From: Candidatus Sulfobium sp. | GTDB taxonomy: Bacteria; Nitrospirota; Thermodesulfovibrionia; Thermodesulfovibrionales; UBA6898 | DNA length: 40,837 nucleotides | Direction: 5' to 3' | NCBI GenBank assembly: GCA_037380845.1 | Contig: JARRRI010000044.1 | Span: 23,506 to 64,342 of the forward strand | Part shown: positions 20,117 to 29,454 of the stretch, one piece after another | Position numbering within the stretch: position 1 is the first letter of the stretch | How the letters are laid out: the number at the start of each line of letters is the position of its first letter | The notes under the pieces: generated by a model | What the model was told of the DNA's origin: nothing | The model's input: the letters and a program-made list of their open reading frames with translations, nothing else | Databases searched by the model: none | Translations under genes and position numbers: made by a program

Positions 20117-20594
20117 GTTTCATCCTCATTTCCTTGAGGTAATCGATATGCTTCAGCTCCTGTTCCATCATTTCCTTGAATACGACTCTGGCGTTGCTGT
20201 CCTGGGCGTCTGCGGAAAACCTGCGGTAAAGGTTGTAAGCCTTGCCCTCTATTTCCAGTGCCCAGGTCAATGCGCCGAGGTCGTCGATGAAATTGTGTTC
20301 CTCCAGTTTCGATTCAAGGTCCTCCAACGGGATACCACCCTCAGTAACAGGGGCCGGGGCCTTCTTCCTGAACTCTTCGAACCTCTCAATGTCTCTGTCG
20401 TCCTGGATGGCGAGGTAGAGGGACTGTATGTATTCCAGGTGCTGTTCCTCCCATTCGGAAAGGTCACTGAAGGTCTGTCTCGCCACCGGGTCCATAGCTT
20501 TTTCGGCCGCCTCGGAATAGAAATCATGCGTACCTTTTTCCATGAGCAGAGCCTCCATAAGAGACTGAAGCAGATCTTCCTTTCCCGTCACCAT
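20100..20594 (-). CDS. ferritin-like / rubrerythrin-family diiron protein
   Basis: duplicated E..FY / ExxH motifs (EKGTHDFY..EEQH; EGKAYNLY..ELKH). Confidence 0.82.
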   Translation of the reverse strand: MVTGKEDLLQSLMEALLMEKGTHDFYSEAAEKAMDPVARQTFSDLSEWEEQHLEYIQSLYLAIQDDRDIERFEEFRKKAPAPVTEGGIPLEDLESKLEEHNFIDDLGALTWALEIEGKAYNLYRRFSADAQDSNARVVFKEMMEQELKHIDYLKEMRMKLAETS

Positions 20595-20788
20595 AACCAG
20601 TACTCCTTTCCGTCTATGAGGTACTCACCTCGTGATTTAAAAGATATTAATATCATACAATGTTCTGCCTAAAATAGCATTTCTTATCAAGGCAATGGGT
20701 AGTGGGCAAGTGGTCGGATCCCGGGGTACGATTGCGCATCACGTACTGGGAATCAGGCATCACGCGTGAGGGTTTTTTAAATTAAATA

Positions 20789-20817
20789 TTTACAAAAATT
20801 CTTATTTATGCTATTTT
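20789..20817 (+). promoter_or_regulatory. putative sigma70 promoter TTTACA-17-TGcTATTTT, overlapped by palindrome TAAATATTTA
   Basis: -35 at 20789-20794, -10 at 20812-20817; ATG at 20825 lies 7 nt downstream. Confidence 0.5.
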
Positions 20818-20824
20818 GGCTAGT

Positions 20825-21457
20825 ATGAATATTGTCGTGGATGAGAATTCAACCCGTAATAGTATTATCCTTTTATTGAAGAAAAACGGGGGCATGTCGA
20901 TAGACGAACTCAGCAAAAGCGTCGATATCACGCCTATGGGCATACGCCAGCACCTTCTTGCCCTCGAAAAAAAGGACGTGGTGACTTACACGGTGAGGAA
21001 GCGGGGGATAGGACGTCCCGGCTTCATATATATGCTCACTGAAGCAGCAAACGAGTTGTTTCCAAAGACATACGATGAATTTGCACTGGGAATTCTCCGT
21101 GATATTACCAGGTATGAGGGGCCTGACAAGATCGACCAGATCTTCGGCTGGCGAAGGGACAGAATGCTGGAGTTGAAAAAGGAAGCGCTGGCCGGCGGAG
21201 AGAGTGTCGAGGAGACCCTGAACCGGTTCAGGCAGCTGCTGGAAGCCGACGGGCATCTTGTCGACCTTAGCAGGAACAACGGCCATTATCACCTCAAGCA
21301 GTATCATTGTCCTATCGGCAAGGTTGCACGGGAGTTCGGCGACGTCTGTAAACATGAACTCCGGCTTTACAGGGAGCTGTTCGGCAAGAACGTCATAAGG
21401 GAACAGTCGGTATCAGAAGGCGCACCTGCCTGCCTTTACGTCATACCTGCGGTGTGA
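20825..21457 (+). CDS. SufR-like HTH metalloregulator with C-terminal Cys ligands
   Basis: wHTH ITPMGIRQHLLALE, GRPGFIYMLT, FPKTY, then HCPI..VCKHE..PAC. Confidence 0.8.
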   Translation: MNIVVDENSTRNSIILLLKKNGGMSIDELSKSVDITPMGIRQHLLALEKKDVVTYTVRKRGIGRPGFIYMLTEAANELFPKTYDEFALGILRDITRYEGPDKIDQIFGWRRDRMLELKKEALAGGESVEETLNRFRQLLEADGHLVDLSRNNGHYHLKQYHCPIGKVAREFGDVCKHELRLYRELFGKNVIREQSVSEGAPACLYVIPAV

Positions 21458-22599
21458 TTTCTTCGGCTCCGAAATCTTTTCATCAGATCGATGAGCTTGC
21501 CTATGTGATCTTCCGTGTGGCCCGCGCTGACTGCCAGCCTTATTCTCGGCTGTCGGACAGAAGGGGGCCTGATGGCCGGCGCGTATATCCCGTTTTGTGA
21601 GAGGAAATCCGCCAGTCTCAGTGTTTCAGTAATATCGCCGATTCTAAGGGGAATGATCGGCGTCTGGCTGCCCGTCATGTCATAGCCCATGCTCTTTAGT
21701 CTCCCGACAAGAAGTTCTCTGTTGGACCAGAGCGTCTTCAGCGGCTTCTCATCACTTTTCAGCAGCTCGAGGGCGGCAAGCGATGCTGAGATAACACATG
21801 CCGGCAGGGCTGTAGAGAAGATGAAGCTTCTGGCTGAATTTGTCAACCAGTCGGTGACAGCGGCACTGCCCGCTGCGAAGGCCCCGAACGAGCCCAGTGC
21901 TTTCGAGAACGTTCCCATTTGTATCACTCCGGGGTCCGGCTCGATATTGAAGTGCGAGAGCGCACCCTTGCCCCGTCCGAGCACCCCGGTGCCATGAGCA
22001 TCGTCGACGTACAGGACGGCGTCATGTTTCCGGCAGACTTCGTGTATCTCCCGGAGCGGGGCTATGTCGCCGTCCATGCTGAAGACCGAATCAATGACGA
22101 CGAACCTTCTTCTTGCCGGCTCTCTGTTCATCAGTGTCTCCAGGTGGTCAACGTCCTTGTGCCGGAAAACGACGGTTTTTGCCCTGCTCAGCCTGCAGCC
22201 GTCGATGATGCTTGCATGATTCAGTTCGTCGCTGAATATGGCATCGCCCGCTGATGCCAGGGCAGGGATTATCCCCGTATTGGCCGCATAGCCCGAGTTG
22301 AACACGAGGGAGGATTCGGCAGATTTGAATTCTGCAATCGCCGTTTCTAGTTTCCTGTGGAGGTCGGTGCCGCCGGCGAGAAGTCGCGAGGCGCCTGAAC
22401 CGAAACCATATCTCCCGGTCGCTCTCTTGAGTGACTCCGAGATCTCGGGACGGCCTGCGAACCCGAGGTAGTCGTTCGAGGCGAAGTTCACGTATTCCCT
22501 TCCCTCGATGCATACAACCGGGCCCTGCGCGGATGTCCGCGAAATTAACCGGCGAATGAGGTTGCCCTTCTTAAGGTCTTCCAGTTCCTGTTCGAACAC
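21436..22599 (-). CDS. bioF: 8-amino-7-oxononanoate synthase
   Basis: FASNDYLG, SGASRLLAG, DELNHASIIDG, FSMDGD, DDAH, TFSKALG, AIRPPSV. Confidence 0.93.
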   Translation of the reverse strand: MFEQELEDLKKGNLIRRLISRTSAQGPVVCIEGREYVNFASNDYLGFAGRPEISESLKRATGRYGFGSGASRLLAGGTDLHRKLETAIAEFKSAESSLVFNSGYAANTGIIPALASAGDAIFSDELNHASIIDGCRLSRAKTVVFRHKDVDHLETLMNREPARRRFVVIDSVFSMDGDIAPLREIHEVCRKHDAVLYVDDAHGTGVLGRGKGALSHFNIEPDPGVIQMGTFSKALGSFGAFAAGSAAVTDWLTNSARSFIFSTALPACVISASLAALELLKSDEKPLKTLWSNRELLVGRLKSMGYDMTGSQTPIIPLRIGDITETLRLADFLSQNGIYAPAIRPPSVRQPRIRLAVSAGHTEDHIGKLIDLMKRFRSRRNHTAGMT

Positions 22600-22711
22600 G
22601 TCTAAATATTATCATAAACCCTCTTTGAGGAATGGCACAACGGATGGCACCAGGCAGGCATACCTGAAAGAAGGCAGTTCACCTCATAATAGCCTATACG
22701 TTTGAGGATTC

Positions 22712-22798
22712 GTCATTCCGGCAGTGCGTTGAGCCGGAATCCAGTTCCTTTGGCTTTAAGAAAACACTGGATGCCGGATTGAGAACCTCCGGCATGAC
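22712..22798. repeat. REP/RPE-like double-hairpin element, copy 8
   Basis: gtcattccggcagtgcgttgagccggaatccag ... ctggatgccggattgagaacctccggcatgac. Confidence 0.9.
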
Positions 22799-22870
22799 AG
22801 ACAAAGACGCGATTAGGTGCATACTATTTTAATACTGTTCACAAGCCCGGTCCCCAGCTTAAGTCCTCTT

Positions 22871-22950
22871 TCGTCATGCGCGAGGTTCTTAGTCGGGCAT
22901 CTAATCTGCCTGAGACCAGGGATTCCCGATTACTACTTCGGGAATGACGA
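22871..22950. repeat. REP/RPE-like double-hairpin element, copy 9
   Basis: tcgtcatgcgcgaggttcttagtcgggcatcta ... ggattcccgattactacttcgggaatgacga. Confidence 0.88.
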
Positions 22951-23061
22951 CTTGAAATCAGACCTTTTAATCGACGTCAGAACGTATTTTGTGCCTTTTG
23001 TGGCGGAAAGTATCTGTCTCCGGCCTTGCCAGTTCAGGTTTATTTCTCCTTCTTGCGGCAC

Positions 23062-23090
23062 AAAAAAGGGATGGCTTGCAGCCATCCCTT
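23062..23090 (-). terminator. intrinsic terminator of the small Lys-rich ORF
   Basis: stem aagggatggc/gccatccctt followed by a U-tract on the minus strand. Confidence 0.8.
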
Positions 23091-23116
23091 CCAACATGTA
23101 CTATGAAATAATCAAC

Positions 23117-23200
23117 TTATTTTTTTGTCTGTTTCTTGGTAGCCTTTGTTGCGGTCTTCTTTGTGGTACCGCATTTTCCGCCTTTGGATTTGCAGGCCAT
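23117..23200 (-). CDS. 27-aa lysine-rich small protein MACKSKGGKCGTTKKTATKATKKQTKK
   Basis: AAGGAGG RBS (23207-23213), near-consensus promoter upstream and terminator downstream. Confidence 0.75.
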   Translation of the reverse strand: MACKSKGGKCGTTKKTATKATKKQTKK

Positions 23201-23227
23201 GGCTGACCTCCTTTTTCGATTTTTTTC

Positions 23228-23256
23228 AAAATACCACGATCCGTTCCCGCTGTCAA
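23228..23256 (-). promoter_or_regulatory. sigma70 promoter TTGACA-17-TGgTATTTT for the small ORF
   Basis: -35 at 23256-23251, -10 at 23233-23228, extended -10 TG. Confidence 0.7.
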
Positions 23257-23516
23257 TACGCAGGGGGATCAAGACGCAACCTCTCAGTGGAGCGTGGAAG
23301 TGTGTTCCGGAAGAAGGATCCCCGACCCGCTGCACTCGAGAGAATAACAGGAAAAGGCTTGATGCCAGAGGCTTGTCATTCCGGTGTGCCCGGTTGCAGC
23401 GACTCTCAGCGAAGTCGTAGCGACCCTACGCGGAGACCCGCTTCGGGGCTCGCATCGAGAATCTTTCCTCGTCTCCCGGCGCTGATGGGTACTGCGGAGT
23501 TTTTCCGTCCGGCATT

Positions 23517-24536
23517 CTACCGCAGTATAACCGCCAGGGCATACACCAGATAAAGGCATCCCGGGAAGATCATTAGAAAAGGAGAAATTTTTTTGCCGGC
23601 AAGGAGTACTCCGTACATGACCAGAGAAGATGTGAGAGCGATCAAAGCCGAAAAAAGCGCCAGACCTGTTATATGCCATTCGGTGAAGAGCAATCCGACG
23701 GAGACGGGGAACACCGACTGGAAGACCATAGCGCCGGTGATGTTTCCCACAGCGAGACTGTCTCTGCCTTTCCAGGTCCATGTTACGCTGTTGAATTTCT
23801 CCGGAAGCTCCGTAGCTACGGGGGCCAGGAGCAGTGAAAACAGGAGGGGGTTCATCCCCAACTTCAGAGCCACATGTTCAAGGCTCGCGACAAAGGTGTG
23901 TGCACCCTGTATCATGACCGCCAGGGATGCCGCCACCTGCAGCAGGACCAGGGGGAGAGGCGGCATTTCCGACCGGACGGATGGTTTCACTTTCCTTATG
24001 AGCCTCCATAGATACATCTTCTCGGTATGTTCCAGTTCCCCGCTTTCACTCCGGAAAGTCAGATATGCGTAAAAGATATAGCCGCAAACCAGGAATACGG
24101 CGAGCGGAGCAAGGGACTTCTTGCCGAGAAGAGGCGGCAGCAGGACGGCAGAAGAATACATCACAAGGAAGAAGGTCAGGTCTCTTTTTGTTGAAGCGAC
24201 TTCCACATTTAATTGAAGCTTCCTTCTCTTGCCGAAAGCGGAGACGAGGGCTGTGAGCCCCACGAGGAAGAAGGCGAGGGTCGAGAGCATGAAGGGGGCT
24301 CCGAGGATGGCCCCCACACCTATCTCGGATGCCGATTTGCCCGCATAGAAAAAAATGGCCACGACAGGGAGGATCGTCTCCGGGAGGGCCGTGCCCACAG
24401 CCGCCAGAATACTCCCGACTACGGCCTGTGAAAAGGAAAAATGCCGTCCGAGGGCTTCTATGCCGTTAGTGAAGAATTCGGCCGCCAGGAGAATCAGAAC
24501 AAGCCCGACCAGAAGAAAAAATACCTGTGCCGGCAT
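23517..24536 (-). CDS. sodium/calcium exchanger-family (CaCA) antiporter
   Basis: alpha-repeats GTALPET and ATELPEK, GNITGA; about 10 TM segments. Confidence 0.88.
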   Translation of the reverse strand: MPAQVFFLLVGLVLILLAAEFFTNGIEALGRHFSFSQAVVGSILAAVGTALPETILPVVAIFFYAGKSASEIGVGAILGAPFMLSTLAFFLVGLTALVSAFGKRRKLQLNVEVASTKRDLTFFLVMYSSAVLLPPLLGKKSLAPLAVFLVCGYIFYAYLTFRSESGELEHTEKMYLWRLIRKVKPSVRSEMPPLPLVLLQVAASLAVMIQGAHTFVASLEHVALKLGMNPLLFSLLLAPVATELPEKFNSVTWTWKGRDSLAVGNITGAMVFQSVFPVSVGLLFTEWHITGLALFSALIALTSSLVMYGVLLAGKKISPFLMIFPGCLYLVYALAVILR

Positions 24537-25408
24537 TAATGCACAATGAGGACGGGACAGGGGGAAGACTTCAGAACGGCCTCCGTCGTGCTGCCGACGA
24601 GGATGCTCTGAAGGTAGGAAAGACCTCTCGCTCCCATGACGATCAGATCACACCGCTTTTCTTCGGCGATAGAAGATATCAGTTTTGCGGGAGACCCCTC
24701 GTGGATTTCCGCCCCCGCTTCTATGCCCCGGTCCTTGCAGAAGGACGCCAGTCTCGATGCGGCCTCCCCGTGCACGACCTCATCGAATTTCTCCCTTTCT
24801 TCCTCTCCCAGTTTTTTCCATACCCCCCACTTTTCCTTGATCAGAAAGGAAGGGATTATATGGACTATATGCAGTTCGGCCCGGAACAGCGAAGCGAATT
24901 TTTTTGCTGCCGAAACAGCCTTTTCGGAATTTTCAGAAAAATCAACAGGACAGAGTATGCGCCGGACCGTGACCGAACCGAGTGCGGCGCGTTCCGCGGT
25001 CTTGCCTCTGACCACCAGCATCGGGACATGCAAGGTCTTTATCAACCTTTCCGAACTGCTCGGTCTGAGGGCGTGCGAATTGTATCCTATGACCAGTAGT
25101 TCGGGAGACGTTTCTTCGATAATTTCCCGGAATGATTCATGCAGGCGGCCCAATACGATCCGGTATTCGCTTTTTGTGCCGGTGGTTTCCAGGCGGCTCT
25201 TCCATTCCTGCATCTGCGATTCTTCCCTGGCCTTTTCTTCCTCAATGTAAGAGGCGAGGTAGGGCGGAGGGGTCAGGAGGTAATCTATGACGTAGAGAAG
25301 TCTTATGCGCGCTTTGGCTGCAGTTGCAAAACAGACGGCATGGGAAACCACATTTTCGGTGTAGGGGCCGAGGTCGATACCGGCGACGATCCAGTCAGAA
25401 CCGGTCAC
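24536..25408 (-). CDS. tandem-domain universal stress protein
   Basis: two USP domains; ILCPVDFS, LIVMGARG...GSTTEAVLKSSPCPV. Confidence 0.9.
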   Translation of the reverse strand: MTGSDWIVAGIDLGPYTENVVSHAVCFATAAKARIRLLYVIDYLLTPPPYLASYIEEEKAREESQMQEWKSRLETTGTKSEYRIVLGRLHESFREIIEETSPELLVIGYNSHALRPSSSERLIKTLHVPMLVVRGKTAERAALGSVTVRRILCPVDFSENSEKAVSAAKKFASLFRAELHIVHIIPSFLIKEKWGVWKKLGEEEREKFDEVVHGEAASRLASFCKDRGIEAGAEIHEGSPAKLISSIAEEKRCDLIVMGARGLSYLQSILVGSTTEAVLKSSPCPVLIVH

Positions 25409-25710
25409 TTTTTGAGGGTTTTGCCCAGTCTTTTTTCAACAGATTTCACCTTCTGGTCGATCCGGGCCGGTCTTCCCTTCCGGTCGTCCAGCGAGATTGT
25501 GGTGACAACCCTCTCCTCCTTTTTCATGGCGGCCTTGTGACATTTCCTGATCAGGCTGAACAGTTCGTTCCATTCCCCTTCCACGACTGTGCCCATGGGA
25601 TTGACCTTGTAAGGAAGCCCGCTGGCGTCGACTATCTCCAAAATCTCCGCAAGCCTGTCGCCTATGCTGCTGCCTGAACCAACCGGTACTATACTGAATT
25701 CTGCGAGCAT
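25405..25710 (-). CDS. MTH1187-family thiamine-binding protein
   Basis: MLAEFSIVPVG, SGLPYKVNPMGTVVEG, KVKSV. Confidence 0.88.
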   Translation of the reverse strand: MLAEFSIVPVGSGSSIGDRLAEILEIVDASGLPYKVNPMGTVVEGEWNELFSLIRKCHKAAMKKEERVVTTISLDDRKGRPARIDQKVKSVEKRLGKTLKK

Positions 25711-25779
25711 GACATGCCTCCTGTCGGCTAGCTATTTTGGTTCACAACATATAAAAACAGGTTATCAGAAAAAAGGCAA

Positions 25780-25817
25780 AAATTAAAGGGACAAGATCTT
25801 TCTTGTCCCTTTAATTT
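25780..25817. terminator. 17-bp perfect hairpin downstream of HU (terminator)
   Basis: aaattaaagggacaaga-tctt-tcttgtccctttaattt. Confidence 0.8.
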
Positions 25818-25834
25818 AAAGAAAGAATGGGCTG

Positions 25835-26110
25835 CTATTTTTTTACAGCATCCTTCAGCGCCTTGCCCGCAGTAAATTTCGGTGTCTTGGCGGCCGGTAT
25901 GCTGATCGTCTGTCCCGTCCGGGGATTGCGTCCTTTTCTCGCTTTTCTCTTCGTTACCGAAAAGGTCCCGAACCCCACGATGGTGACCTTCTGCCCCTTC
26001 TTCAACGCCGCTTTGACTGCATCGAGCGTCGAATCGAACGCCCTGGTTGCGTCTGCCTTGCTGAGGCTGGCGCCGGAAGCTATTTTGTCGATGAGCTCCG
26101 TCTTGGTCAT
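25835..26110 (-). CDS. hup: DNA-binding protein HU
   Basis: [11 protein letters not shown]...[42 protein letters not shown]. Confidence 0.95.
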   Translation of the reverse strand: MTKTELIDKIASGASLSKADATRAFDSTLDAVKAALKKGQKVTIVGFGTFSVTKRKARKGRNPRTGQTISIPAAKTPKFTAGKALKDAVKK

Positions 26111-26159
26111 ATTCCCTCCTTTCATAAAGTCATTATTATCCAAATAATAGACTGGATAA

Positions 26160-26188
26160 ACAATATCAGGAACCATTTATCTTGTCAA
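26160..26188 (-). promoter_or_regulatory. sigma70 promoter TTGACA-17-TGaTATTGT for HU
   Basis: -35 at 26188-26183, -10 at 26165-26160. Confidence 0.6.
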
Positions 26189-26373
26189 GCCCAAAAAGAG
26201 CGCCGTTGGCAGCCCTGGTGAAGGATGGCAGACGATGAAAGAGAGTCGCAGCGACTCCCCGGGGAGGTTGATTCCGACTTATCCGCTTTCCGGGATTTCA
26301 TTAGAAACGGCGGATGGGATATAATCAAATCTGGTTCAGTCAGGGCAACCAGTGGAAAAGGGGTGTACCGGTC

Positions 26374-26868
26374 TTGAATGAAGTCGAGATAAAGATACTG
26401 GAAATTGACAGGGGCAAGGCCGAAAATATGCTTATTGCCGCAGGGGCGGAAAAGATATTCGACGGTCGGATCCATGCCGTCTACTTCGATTTCGGAGACA
26501 GTTCCATACACAAAAGCGGGGGCACTCTGAGGTTGAGGAGGGAGGGCGGCAGGACCGTGCTCACTTTCAAGAAAGATGTCAGGGACAGGAGTGCAAAGAT
26601 CAGGGAGGAAGAAGAGGTGGAAGTGTCCGACTTTGGTACGATGAACTTCATACTCGAAGCGATAGGTCTTTCCGCCTGGCTTGAAATGAGCAAGCACAGG
26701 ACTACCTGGCAACTGGGCGGGACGCATTTCGAGTTTGACAAATATCACAACTCATACGAGTATATCCCGGAATTTCTCGAAATAGAGAGCACAGACGTCG
26801 AGACGGCATACCGGCATGCGGAAATGCTCGGTTTCAGCCGGCAGGACTGCAAACCGTGGGACGCACTT
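26374..26868 (+). CDS. CYTH / class IV adenylate cyclase-like protein, 3' end joined in frame to msbA
   Basis: EVEIK (ExExK), YFD, LRLR, LTFK, REEEEV, KHR, FLEIE. Confidence 0.8.
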
Positions 26869-28420
26869 GTGGTAAGGCCCTATTGGCGCCGGGTAGCACT
26901 TGCCGGCATAATAAGCCTTATCGTTTCGGGGCTGAACGCCTTGCTGGCCTGGCTTGTGAAACCGGCGATCGACGATGTTTTCATCAAGAAGAACGCCGCC
27001 CTGCTGCTGTTGTTGCCGCTGGCTATCTTTCTTATTTTCGTCGCCCGCGGGGTCTTCTCCTTTTTTGACGAATACCTTATGAAATCAGCGGGCCAGAAAA
27101 TGGTGATGAACCTCAGAAACAGCCTTTATTCTCATGCTATCGACCTGCCCGTGAAATATTTCGGGAAGAATTCGAGCGGAGAACTCATCTCCCGGATCAT
27201 AAATGATACCGTCGTCCTTGAAGGACTGGTTTCGCTGACTATCAAGGACCTCTTCGTGGAGAGTTCAACAGTCATCGCACTGACGGGGGTTGCACTGTGG
27301 CGCCGCTGGGATCTTACCCTTATAGCCCTTGTCGTCCTGCCGACAGCTTTTTACGGTATCGGACGGCTGGGAAAGAGGATGCGGCAGATAAGCAAACGGG
27401 CGCAGGAGAAAATTTCGCTGATCACCGAATTTTTGAGCGAGAGTTTCACCGGCGTCAAGATTATCAAGGCGTTCGGCCGGCAGGAGGACGAGGCGGACCT
27501 GTTAAAGAGGAAGAACAAGGACTTCTTTTCGCTCATGCCGGCGCCGGTATCGCGCACCCGAAACGCCACTTCATGGTCGTCGGTCAGCGCGGTCGACACG
27601 ATCACCTGGCCGCCGGCAGTTGATGTCCGAGCCTAAGGAGGCAGGCGGCACGAAGGAACTTCCACCGATCGAGAAGGAGATAAGATTTGAGGGCGTATCC
27701 TTTTCCTATTCTCCGGGAGACCGCAAGGCTTTGGACGACGTAAATCTGAGGGTGGAAAAGGGAGAGATTGTCGCTTTGGTGGGAAAGAGCGGAGGCGGCA
27801 AGACCACTCTGATCAATCTCCTGCCGCGGTTTTATACTCCGACTGAGGGCCGGATCTGTTTCGACGACACCGACATTTCAACGGCCACGCTGAAGTCCCT
27901 GAGAAGTCAGTTCGGGATTGTAAGCCAGGAAGTCATACTCTTTAACGATACGATATCGGCCAACATCGCATATGGTAAGCCCGGGGCGAGTGAGGAGGAA
28001 ATACTCACCGCATCCAGGGCCGCATACGCCCATGATTTCATCATGGAACTTCCCAAAGGCTATGAGACCGTGATAGGTGAAAAAGGAATGAGGCTTTCGG
28101 GAGGGCAGCGGCAGCGTATCTCCATAGCCAGGGCCATACTCAGAAACCCGCCGGTCCTTATTCTCGATGAGGCGACATCGGCCCTGGACACCGCATCCGA
28201 GATGATGGTGCAGAAGGCGCTGGAAAACCTTATGAGGAACAGGACAACCTTTGTGATCGCCCACAGGCTTTCGACCATAAAGAGGGCGCACAGGATAATC
28301 GTCCTGGACAAGGGGTCTATTGTAGAATCGGGGTCTCACAGAGAGCTGTACGAAAGGGAGGGGATATACAGGAAACTTTACGATTTGCAGTTCAGCACCC
28401 AGGAAGTGAGCGGCGTCTGA
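26869..28420 (+). pseudogene. msbA: lipid A flippase MsbA-like ABC transporter; start missing and TM end replaced by a foreign fragment (probably assembly)
   Basis: TM part VRPYW..SGELISRIIND..KIIKAFG; NBD 27620-28420 with GKSGGGKT, LSGGQRQR, ILDEATSALD, IAHRLST. Confidence 0.82.
27526..27619 (-). other. short foreign histidine-kinase HATPase_c fragment inside msbA
   Basis: minus strand reads AGGQVIVSTALTDDHEVAFRVRDTGAGMSEK (DxGxG G1 box); visibly more GC-rich than the flanks. Confidence 0.75.
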
Positions 28421-28433
28421 GGCTTCCGCAAAC

Positions 28434-29454
28434 CTAAGCCTTTCCTAAGAGTTCTTCATATAACGCCTCTGTCTTGTCCAGCATGACATCGCTGCAATAC
28501 CTCTCTATTACGCGGGTGCGGTTCCTCGCCCCCATTTCTTTGCAGAGCTGCGGTCGCCCCAGCAGGTGCAAAACCGCATCCGCAAGGACGGGCGGGTTGT
28601 CCGGCGGGACGAGGACGCCGTGCGGGGTAACCCGGAACTCTCCGCCTTCCGTGTCTTTGAGGGATGTCATGCCTGTGGCCGGTGAATACGCACTTGTCCG
28701 CTACCCCGAGCGAGGAAGCCAGACCCGCCAGCCGTTCTCTCGACTGGGGATTCCCCCCGCCGACGAAGAGGAACCTGACGTTTCCGAACTTCTCCAGAAT
28801 TCTTGGTATTGCCGTGATAAGGTCTGCGTGACCCTTGCCCCGCCTGAAGGCGGCCACCATTCCTGCAACCTTGTCCCCGGGGCCGACGCCGAAATCCTGG
28901 GCGGGTCTGCTCACCCTGTCGGGATCGAATTGTTCAACGTTCGGGCCGGAAGGGATGGAGACTACTATCCTTCCCCGCTTAAGCCCGAAGCGGTCCCGAA
29001 TGGCCTTCAGGCCGGACTCTCCCGAGGTCGTGATGATGCAGTCCGGCAAACGGTAAATGAACGCGCTGCCCAGGCCCTTTCCCAGAAACGACATATGGCG
29101 TGTCCTGATGAGTTTCCTGTTCAGAATTCTGGCGGCTATCGAAAAAATCCAGGAGTCGTACGAGGCGTGGGTGTTCACTATGTCTACTTTATTCCGGATG
29201 AGGATCCCGACTGCTTTCTGCAGGGACCAGGGGTAGGAGACCCATTTTTTCATGAAGACCGGTTCGACCGGCAGGCCTGCAGCGGAGGCCCTTTTGATCA
29301 ATTCGCTCCGGCGGGGTGCGGCGATAATCACCCTGTATCCGCGTTCCGTCATCCCCCGTGCCTCTTCCAGGACCCTGATCGGCTCGCCGGACCAGTCGGT
29401 ATGGACCTCTGAATGCAAGACCACCGCCCTGGGTTCTTTGACATCAGGGTTCAT
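28434..29454 (-). pseudogene. GT4 glycosyltransferase with an internal deletion plus frameshift near 28660
   Basis: VNTHASYDSW, IRTRH, KGH, VFTGHRHDIP, then a jump to GVLVPPDNPPVLADAV..MG (ORF 28434-28670); the EX7E segment is missing. Confidence 0.8.

Noticed and set aside
23117..23335. 72-aa version of the Lys-rich ORF given in the ORF track
   Set aside because: The promoter and RBS lie inside the extension, supporting the start at 23200
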